DNA from: Naegleria gruberi
Lineage: Eukaryota
Direction: 5' to 3' (one strand)
Assembly: GCA_000004985.1 (NCBI GenBank)
Contig: GG738927.1
Length of the DNA stretch: 64,000 nt
Each line of letters begins with the position of its first letter. Within the stretch, counting starts at the first letter, position 1. The notes under the pieces were generated by a model. That model saw only the letters and a program-made list of their open reading frames with translations, was not told where the DNA came from and did not search any database. Position numbers and translations under genes: made by a program. Below are positions 55,558-64,000 of the stretch, piece by piece.

Positions 55558-55718
55558 AATCAAAGTATTCAAACAAATTAAATGATTTAAAGGTTGTATT
55601 TGTACAATTTAGATTTCAAAATTGCCTTGGGTGAACCCTTCTAGTTTGTAATTTACAACAATAATCTAAAATGTAAATTCCTTAGAGATCTCAATCCACT
55701 CGTGGCAAAATAATCAGA

Positions 55719-58700
55719 TTAATCATCAGAATCATCAGAATCATTAGAATCAGCAGAATCAGCAGAATCCTCTGAATCCTCAGAATCCTCATAGGACTCT
55801 TCCTCTTCTCTCTTGAATTTTGGAGCAAGAGTTCTCAAAAACTTATCCTTCAAAGCTGCAGGCGTTCTACATGTGTGAAAGGTTGTAGAATAAACTTTCA
55901 ATATCTTAGTCCAATTATCACTGAATCGTCTGTATCCTTCCTCTAACTTGTCCATCTCTTGTTCAGACCAAAATCTTGAGCTAGACTTTTTGGTAGGGGA
56001 AGACAATATTGACCTAGCTGCAGAGTCAGAGAGAACAGTACTATTCCTACTTTTTCTTCGACTAGATTTTCTCTTTTCTGTCTTTTCTAACTTGACAAAT
56101 AACGAGCCTCCTTCCTCTTCCTCCTCTCTTCTTCACTTGTTTCTACACATGTTGTAATACCATTTACTCTATCAGTAATGAAATTTGTATACTTATTTTC
56201 TGTATAATATTCTGAAGTTTTTCTATATTTGTTCAGTCCTTGCAAAGTGCAATCAGGTTCAAATTCTTGCTTCATTTTAGCATTATCATCACTTAGTCCA
56301 GTAGAAATTCTTTGTTTGTCCTTGTTTGGAGTTAAATCAAAGAGTTTTGTTTGCCTTAATCGTTTTTTACCGTTCTTTGATTGAGTTGATGAGGTAGTGC
56401 TTTGGGTGTCCTCTTGATTGTGAATAGATTGTAGAATGGAATCACTATGTGAAATGAAACTCTCTTGATGATTTTCGAGTGGATGAATCTCTGAAGGCAG
56501 TTGTGATGGAGAGGAGGCACCTGCTCCCAATTCTGGTAAATCAGTATCTATTTTATGTTGTACACCATTAACTTCTTCATGCTTGGAATTATTTACGAGA
56601 TTTAGTAATTTATCAGGAATGCAGAATATCAATTTTTCCACATTAATCAACAAGCCAGATAAAGCATCCTTCCTTTCATTTGGTTCTGCTTTGTTAATTT
56701 TCCTCTTCCATGATGCAAGTTTCTTCTCAAACCTCTCCTTTCCGAAACTTGATAATTGGGCTACTGATTTAAATCCTTCTTCCGAAAGTCCAGAAATTAT
56801 TTCCTGTAATTTAGTTATTAAAGCATTCACTTGATCGATGAAAGATGTACTCATCACAGAGTCTTTTAATTGTGATAGGTTTGTAAAAATCTCCTGAATC
56901 TTTACTATTACATCATCACGATTATATTGGTCACCAATGGCTTGCACAAATTTTGCAATCAAATCGCCATGTTCTCGAAAATTATTATACAAATAACTCA
57001 GGACGATTGTATTTGCTTCCGATCGTATTTGTGGCAAGACTTCATCATCGGTAATCATTTCATCAGTTATGTTTGATTGTTCCATTTTTTTTGTCTTGGT
57101 TTGCTGCTTCGAGAGAATTACCAGGTTGGATGCTGGCTTTGCATCGTTTTCTGTCGAATAGGTCTTGTGCCAATTTACGTGAGAGAGTTGATATTTCTTC
57201 ATTCTCGTGTCTAATGTATTTCAAAAGAAGACCACTATTCTCTTCAGATTCGGTTGCCAGGGTTGCGAATGAATCAGCCAATACAATCAAACAACTCATA
57301 ATGAGTGGAGCACCATCACTGGTAAAGACTTTAAGACAACTGATTACGAGTGGATAAAATTCTGAAGCCAGTGTTTTGGAAACGATCATAATCTTACCAA
57401 TTGCAGCTACAGCATGACTTTTCAATGATTTTGGTGCCTTTCTTGATTGCATACAGTTCCTTAGTAGATTGACATATCTAGAAAGAAATCCCTTGGTTAA
57501 GCTTTCAGTAACAGCCCTTTCTAAAACAAGTCCTTTGGCTTGTTCTCTTTGATTTTCCTTCATGCAGTTTTCCTCCTCACCTTCAAAATCATCCTCCTCT
57601 GATATCAGCTTGTCACTATTCTCGTTGAATTTCCTAGTAGCAATAGACCTAATTTCCAAACTATCCCTATAACAAATCTCTCCAACTAAATCAAAGAATG
57701 CACTCATCTTTTCGAGATCAGTTTCTTGTTTTTCAGTAAAATCCTTCCAAACTGAGCTCTCCACTTTTCCAATTCCATAGTAGGCCAATCTTCTATTACT
57801 CTCTGTAGAGTATACCAAGGAAAGGGTCTCACGACCAAATTCTAGTAGTAGGAACGCAATGTTTTCTTCCAAAAAGTTGTCCACAGACTTTTTGAAGGGT
57901 TGATTATTGCTTATTCTATATACCTCCTCTATAATTCTTATTTTCAATGAGATTAGCTTTCGATTACCTTCAATGTTGGAAATCAAATCTTTAAGGTTTT
58001 GAAGAATGTTTTCAAAAGGAATGAATACCAAAAAACTAGAGTCTAACTTGAGCAACAACAACATGGTGAATATTGCTGTTGTTAAATCTAGCTTCTCCCT
58101 ACAATACTCAACCAGAGATCTCAAACTCAAGTTAGGGAAGTAAGTCTTGATTCCACTGAATAAAATCAGCCATGGATCGATTAATTCAGTATTTCTTTTA
58201 CAGGTTACATTGATGAAAAAGCACTATAACTTACGTGATTGATTGCAACAATAAACCGAACTTGAACTTGGATTGAGGATCTACAAAATAGGAAACAAAC
58301 AGATTGCATATTCTCTGCTTAACAGATGAGTGTGTATCCTTTCCAATACAGGATACAAGTTCTGACCAGTCAATCTTCAAACCTTGAATGGTCAGTTTGT
58401 CAAACAAGTTGAACACTGATAGTATGGATTCTTTGCAAAATAGAGGGCCTTCAAGTGATAAAGCTCTCAAAGTGTTGAGCAATTTGGGAATGAATTTGTA
58501 GTAGACTTTTTCGAGAAATTCTACGTGCATTCTCTTACAAGAAATGTCATCATCCAAGTCATTTGATTCATGTTGGAACAGAATACACTCACTTTTTGTG
58601 GATGAAAATCTCACTTTAACATGCGAACTTTGTTGTAATCTTCTACTAAGGCTTTCGAATGTTTCATCAATGAATGGTACCATATTCTTTGGTTGTTGTT

Positions 58701-60366
58701 CCAAAAATAACATGGTGTTATCATATAAGGATTGACCTAATTTCTCAATCACATTATTCTTGTATAATTGATATAAATCCAACAATTCGACGCTTTTTTC
58801 AAAGTTGTCTCTACACAATAATAAATCAAAAGCTCTGGTGTAGGGATTTCTTTGTATTAGACCAAATGAAGCATTAATACTCTGTACTCTTGTTGTCTTT
58901 GACTTGTCAGAGATGTGGTCAAGGCAATTATTCTAATTACCTTAATAATCATATTTGAAATGTAACTTACCAAGAATTTGTTAAACTCAACAGCATAATT
59001 ATTCCAATCAACCTGACCCGAAATATCTGCAATTTTCTGGAATGCTCTTGTTCTAACAAAGGCGTCCTTATCGTTTGTTCTTTGAAGTACAATATTCAAG
59101 AAATCCTTATTGAGTATGTTTGCCTCTATCAAGTTGGAAATTACTTCCAAAAAGTATTTTCTAATTGAACCATTTGAGGAATTGGAAATGAAATCCAGAT
59201 CAGAAATGTACATTACGAATACTTTTGGAATTTTCTTTGAAAGGATTGACAACAGCTCTACAGCCTTTGATACATCTTTGCTCTTCTTATTGGTCAACTC
59301 TACCATATTCTGTACAAGTTGAATGAAATAATCCAAAAAGACGAAGGAGAATTCTTCGTTATGATTATGTATATCAACAAGTATTGAGCACATATTTTGT
59401 GGCTCAATTATTCCTTCTATGCACAACTTGGAAATAAATGCGCAAAATCTCAGGTGATATTTTCTTAAATCCTCTTCATCATTGATAATCTTGAACGGTA
59501 ATAGAAGCAACACTTGGAACGCACTCCACAAGCTTGTACTAGACTTTTTTCCTCCATTTGAAAATGCCAATAGGAGCTTTGGTAGGGAATAGTGCACCAA
59601 TTCAATCAAGATTTCCATTCTCATTTGCTTTCTTTTTGCATTCTCATAAAGAAGTGAAGTATAAGAATCAATAGAACCGAGTATCTTTTCCAAGCTACCT
59701 CCCTTCAATTTTCTGTTTTGTGACAGCTTGAAGAGTGAAGCAACTAGAATTAAGAAATGTCTATTGAATATTCTCATCAATAAAGCTCCATCAGGGTTAC
59801 GTGATGATGCCTCACCCTCATTCAATGAAATAGCCTCACTAATTGAATGACATCCATATTCTACAACCCTCACTATTTGACATAAAGTGTCACTACTCAA
59901 TGAATCAAAGGCTAAAACAATACTGTTGAAAATTCTACTATCCAACATCGGGAAAGCTATCATTAAAATTACATGATCACAATACATGAATAATTATTCG
60001 AAACATACCATCAACAATACTATGAAATTGATTTTTAATTTTCATCGGAAAATCATTCAAAAGACTTAACAAGCCTTCACTTGAAATTGGATTCTCTACA
60101 ATCAAACTATCCACAGACTTGAATAAGGATGAATAATCACCCACTCTTTCATTTTCACTCTCCTTGAACAATCCTTTTGAATTCGAAACAAGGCTTTCAA
60201 AATTCCAAACTTTTGAATTTCTAATCAATTTTGGCATATCCAAATAGCCTTTCTCCTCCTCTTTACTACCATTAGCCAGCACATTCAAATTGATCAACTC
60301 ACCATTATCAGCCTTTCTCTTCTTTCTTGGTTGTTTATCACTTGATTGCTGCTTCTTGTTTGCCAT
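55719..60366 (-). CDS. Large multi-exon gene (at least 5 collinear minus-strand ORF blocks, about 1400 aa): alpha-helical (ARM/HEAT-like by composition) body, probably ending in a telobox/TRF-type Myb domain
   Basis: ATG at 60366. ORF blocks at 59977-60366, 58857-59987, 58231-58818, 57063-58130 and 56087-57202 are collinear. One junction is resolved: 58235 AC|GTAAGT, a 40-nt intron to AG at 58196-58195, then (T)NTELIDPWLILFSGIKTYFPNLSLRSL.... The 3'-most block (55719-56006, frame open further upstream, no ATG) encodes RFWSEQEMDKLEEGYRRFSDNWTKILKVYSTTFHTCRTPAALKDKF, matching the TRF/telobox Myb pattern W..EE...L..GV..YG.G.W..IL......RT...LKD+W, followed by an acidic SEDSEDSADS tail. Whether the Myb exon belongs to this gene, and the 57063-57202 junction, are unresolved. 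Confidence 0.45.
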
Positions 60367-60372
60367 TTTTTT

Positions 60373-61077
60373 TCAATTTGTTTTTGGCGCCTTAGAATGT
60401 TGTTGATCTTTGATAATTTCCTCAACCTTTCTCATTACAAAATTCAAATAGACTCTATCTAAATCACTACAGAATACCTCTGATTCATGCATGGTTTTCT
60501 CTCCATACGAGCCATGGAAACTACTGGCTCCCAATTGTCGATCATCTTGTCTATTGAATGAGGCTATTTCCTCACCACCGAATGAAGTACTTGATGGTTG
60601 CTGCTTGATGAGGACAATAGAAAAATGATGAGCATTCGAAAACATTAATCCAAATTGATTATCAGTGACTAATTGGACAATCTTTGCGAGAAGGTGAAAT
60701 TCTGCCAACAAGTCAGCTCTTCCTTCCTTGTTTAAATCAAAAACATGATCATCAGGATGATTGACTTCCTTCTTATCATTTTCCAAACATTCAAACATCA
60801 TGGTTCTTTCTTCATTGACATAGAATGACCACACTGGAAACTTTCCTTCAATGCAGAGTTTGTATTTTGTAGGGAGTTTATTCTCTTCCGAAGAGGGTGA
60901 TGATGAGGGTGATTCACGTTTGTTATTTCCCTTTCCATTCATTAAAAAACCACTCGATATTGAATATTCATAGGAATGAGAAAGAAAGCAGCCACTCACT
61001 TGTTCCGATTCGTACCAGTTATATGATGAGGATGCCTTTCCACTGAAAGGATTATTCTTATTATTTGAATTGCCCAT
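60373..61077 (-). CDS. Hypothetical protein (234 aa) beginning MGNSNNK
   Basis: ATG at 61077 and TGA at 60373-60375. The central part ...CIEGKFPVWSFYVNEERTMMFECLE...FDLNKEGRADLLAEFHLLAKIVQLV looks globular. It ends 6 nt upstream of the ATG of the large gene on the same strand. Confidence 0.45.
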   Translation of the reverse strand: MGNSNNKNNPFSGKASSSYNWYESEQVSGCFLSHSYEYSISSGFLMNGKGNNKRESPSSSPSSEENKLPTKYKLCIEGKFPVWSFYVNEERTMMFECLENDKKEVNHPDDHVFDLNKEGRADLLAEFHLLAKIVQLVTDNQFGLMFSNAHHFSIVLIKQQPSSTSFGGEEIASFNRQDDRQLGASSFHGSYGEKTMHESEVFCSDLDRVYLNFVMRKVEEIIKDQQHSKAPKTN

Positions 61078-61931
61078 TTTTTTCTGTTAGTTGTAGATTT
61101 TACTAAGTGCAGGTTCGGAGATTTATCTTTTTTTGGGTTGAAAGATTGAATTGGAAATTCATCACGTTTGGAATATTTAAAGATTGATTCTATGAAATAT
61201 AAAATGTCTTGCTTAATAGTGAACGATGGAAGGTGGTAACAATTTGGACATGAATTGTTCTTTTCAATTCTACTGCTTTATTATAATAAGGTTTAGTCAA
61301 ACAATGTTGCTGAATATTTTCCATTCAATCGAAACATGTAATTTCAAACATTATTCTTGATATCGGTCATTGTTATCTCAATCTAAAATGTGCTTCTCTG
61401 AGAATGTCAATATTGTGCTCAAAGGATCTTTGGGGTCTATTTAAAGTCTTTGCTTATCTCTTCAGAAAATGATGTGTCTTGAGGTTTTTGCAGAGTTGGG
61501 GGTATAGCGTGAAACAGGTTGCCAAACAAAGTCATGTACTGTTTTACCTCAAGTATTATCCTTAACATTGTTCTTGATAATGGATATTGCATCATCTTCA
61601 TGATAAACCAAATGCAAAGGATAAGATGCAAGTAATGTATAAATAATTCAACTTCAAGAATAAACATTACCAGAGTAACTGGCAATGCGCTAGAGCAACA
61701 CTATCTACATACATTGTTGTACTCAATCATAGCCATAGTTGATTTTCAATTAGCTCATTCAAGTACACAATAGTCGCACAGTGTAGGCAAAATAAAAAAG
61801 ATTGAAGAGGATCAACTAGAAAAAAAATAACAAAAACACCCTGCCGCTGCGAGTTGCGTTTGTTTGATAACGTTTGAATCTCTCAAAGGATTATCTTCTC
61901 AATAGACAAGTTTCCATTTAACAACAACAAT

Positions 61932-63389
61932 ATGGCACAACAAGGAAGTGATGGAATTGATTCTTTCTTCTCCTCCGCAAACTTCCTCTCTAACTTCAAG
62001 TATACTTCTTCCTCTCATCAAGATGAACAATTATCGACTAGTAGACAATTTTCTGATAACTATTTATCCTCCTCTACCATCATGATGAATAATAATAACA
62101 ATATGTGGTTCTCCTCCAAACCAGCTTCATCATCAAACTTTTTCCTTTCCTCCAATCATCCTTCTTCCTCTGTTAGTACTTCATCAGCAATGAATTCACT
62201 GCAACACCACCTCTCCTCCACCTATCCTATAGCCCCTATTTCGAGATCATTGTCTGATAATTCACTCAAATCAACTCCACTCTATCAATCCAACAATAAT
62301 AACTTTTCACCCGAATCATCCAAGAAGAAGAGAAAACGATGCGATGAAGAGTACGAGAATGATGAGATTGAGTACGATCATTCTACTAATAACATCAATA
62401 ATTCTATTGATTTGATGAGAGAGGCAATGATTCTTCCAACCATCAATTTCCATGACAATATGATGGAAGAGAGTAATAATAATAATGGAGAGGATCATGA
62501 TTCGAGTATGTTCTTTCCACAATCATTCAACATGTTTGGCAATGTGAATAGTGGTCTGATGCAATTTTCCTTGCAGCATCAACAACATAATGCATTTCCA
62601 TTGTTTGAATCGGAAGAAGATATGGTTACGAGTGCTTCATCTGCTACTGGTGGTGTAAAGAAGAATAGAATGTCTCCACAATCACACCTGATTGAATTCA
62701 TTCGGGACAATATTATGCAATACTTACTGTTTCATCTCAAGCTTGATATGAGACAGACCATTTCTGGTGATGTGAATAATAGTGAGGATGTCAAGATGAG
62801 TGATGATTCAACCTCCTCCAACACTACTGGAATTGAACAGGATGTTGTCGATATTACCATACCTGTTGGTCTCTTGTTAGACTATATTGTACAACAAGCC
62901 CAGAGATTGTATTTTAATATGTATGAATATATTAGAGAGCTTGCATCCTCCTCAGTCAAACACCAAAGTAAATCAACAGATAATCAAAAAGAGATTGAGC
63001 TCTCACTTGCCTGTAACGAATTCGAAAAGATGGTTATTGAGCAAGTCCATTTTCTCCTCTCCCAAATCCAACTCATGAGATCCACAAATCAATCCAATGA
63101 TACTCAAATCATTCCAATGCTCAAAAAGTATGACAAGATTTTGCCAAAGAATTTTCACACATTACGATTGGTTAGCAGCACTAATGATGACAGTAGTATA
63201 GGGAGTAATGCTGATTCGTTCACTCTAGAGGGCATTGTGGACGAATCATTTCTCTTCAAATCATCCAGCTCCTCTCCCTCCATTCATAGATCATCCTTTG
63301 CACAAAACTTTGACGACATGAAAACCAATTCCTCCCTTAACGATATTTCCTCACTTCTCCTCAATACCAAGTTTAAATTGTTTTATTAA
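61932..63389 (+). CDS. Hypothetical S/N-rich protein (485 aa) with a KKKRKR basic patch
   Basis: ATG-initiated ORF. Poly-N run (MMNNNNNMWF) and a basic patch SKKKRKRCDEEYE, then a helical C-terminal half. No confident domain. Confidence 0.45.
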   Translation: MAQQGSDGIDSFFSSANFLSNFKYTSSSHQDEQLSTSRQFSDNYLSSSTIMMNNNNNMWFSSKPASSSNFFLSSNHPSSSVSTSSAMNSLQHHLSSTYPIAPISRSLSDNSLKSTPLYQSNNNNFSPESSKKKRKRCDEEYENDEIEYDHSTNNINNSIDLMREAMILPTINFHDNMMEESNNNNGEDHDSSMFFPQSFNMFGNVNSGLMQFSLQHQQHNAFPLFESEEDMVTSASSATGGVKKNRMSPQSHLIEFIRDNIMQYLLFHLKLDMRQTISGDVNNSEDVKMSDDSTSSNTTGIEQDVVDITIPVGLLLDYIVQQAQRLYFNMYEYIRELASSSVKHQSKSTDNQKEIELSLACNEFEKMVIEQVHFLLSQIQLMRSTNQSNDTQIIPMLKKYDKILPKNFHTLRLVSSTNDDSSIGSNADSFTLEGIVDESFLFKSSSSSPSIHRSSFAQNFDDMKTNSSLNDISSLLLNTKFKLFY

Positions 63390-64000
63390 ATGTGAATTTA
63401 CTATAGTCAATCGAATATAGGATGTATCGTGAGTAACTATTGCTTGTACTAATAACAAACAAGGTTAGGTATAATATGCAAAGCTTCTTCTACTTGACAA
63501 GGGTTCGAATAAAGCAACAAATGTGGTCGAGTGACTTGGAACGCACTCACACCTCAATTAGCCGTATTATTATTTGCCCAAATGAATGTCAGACAATTTC
63601 CTTAACAATCCATGTCTTCGTTTTGAGATGAAAACACTCTCAAATTGAGATGGAGCCAATCTCCTTAGTTCTGTGTCTCCCTTAATTTAGATCTTGACAT
63701 TAATAATGGTTTTACATCACCCTTAATTAAGATCTTTACAACGCACCTCAACCTTGTTCTGTGTCTACAACTTATATATTCAGGCATTCGGAGAGTCAAC
63801 GATTAAGGATTTTGTATTGCTAGTTGTTTCAATAGCTCTTTATTTAGCCAATGCCACTTTCCTCAAAATCAAATTTATCCATTTCTAGTAAGCTCCATGT
63901 TTAGCGGTCTTCCAAATTAGGCCTTCACTAAAGACATACTCATATGAACCAATTGAGATTGACTGGAGATTACGTCTCTTTAAGTTTTTAAAACGAAAAT

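Noticed and set aside
1-64000. Prokaryotic operon, defence-island, CRISPR or phage interpretation
   Set aside because: Spliceosomal introns are present: GTAAGT donors, AG acceptors, phase-consistent exon joins restoring conserved motifs in aquaporin, citrate synthase, kinases, RCBTB, PLGRKT and ThiF. Eukaryote-specific proteins such as Sec31, F-box and G-alpha are also present. No direct-repeat/spacer array exists and no Shine-Dalgarno-linked gene packing.

Overview
This is a eukaryotic nuclear window, not a prokaryotic one. It is AT-rich, roughly one-third GC by eye (not computed), and most start codons sit in an A-rich AAAAATG context. The multi-exon gene models below work cleanly with short GT...AG introns of about 39-100 nt, typically with GTAAGT/GTGAGT donors. 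Proteins contain N-, Q- and S/T-rich low-complexity runs. Together these point to an AT-rich protist, with an amoebozoan or dictyostelid-like origin favoured by inference; the organism cannot be fixed from sequence alone.

The window is gene-dense, with about 40 protein-coding genes on both strands. Many are separated by under 0.6 kb. It also contains one assembly gap, a run of N at 12853-13025.

Genes recognised with reasonable support:
- an aquaporin, reconstructed as 6 exons
- a citrate synthase of 2 exons with an N-terminal RMQSIKQHL nonapeptide
- Sec31, at 1319 aa
- a bacterial-type S1 (Trypsin_2-like) serine protease
- an F-box protein with a TRAF-type zinc finger
- a ThiF/Uba5-like E1 enzyme
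- a PLGRKT-family small membrane protein
- an ABHD13/Bem46-type hydrolase
- an AAAP/SLC38-type amino-acid transporter
- two paralogous protein kinases
- a DUF4116-repeat protein
- an RCC1+BTB (RCBTB-like) gene containing a 29-nt micro-exon
- a divergent G-alpha-like gene
- a SAPS (PP6 regulatory) protein
- a GNAT-like acetyltransferase
- a receptor-like protein with a degenerate nucleotidyl-cyclase homology domain
- a roughly 4.6-kb multi-exon gene ending in a telobox-type Myb domain.

The most unusual structure is a tandem duplication at 34073-37922. The duplicated unit is a head-to-head gene pair: a small Cys-rich multi-pass membrane protein on the minus strand and a protein kinase on the plus strand. 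In both copies the two ATGs are only about 29-37 nt apart, flanking a palindromic A/T core.

Other loci worth a second look:
- a GC-richer non-coding island at 31540-31990 with a Sm-site-like motif, a hairpin and a 24-nt perfect palindrome
- a tRNA-like fragment next to a GCC-repeat at 28536-28700
- a degenerate T/N-rich minisatellite at 29760-30420
- two ORFs at 60373-61077 and from 60366 that are separated by only 6 nt and an in-frame TGA.

I found no rRNA, no CRISPR array and no clear transposon. Everything below was read directly from the sequence and the ORF track. Exact splice coordinates carry an uncertainty of +/-1-2 nt, and no database search could be run.
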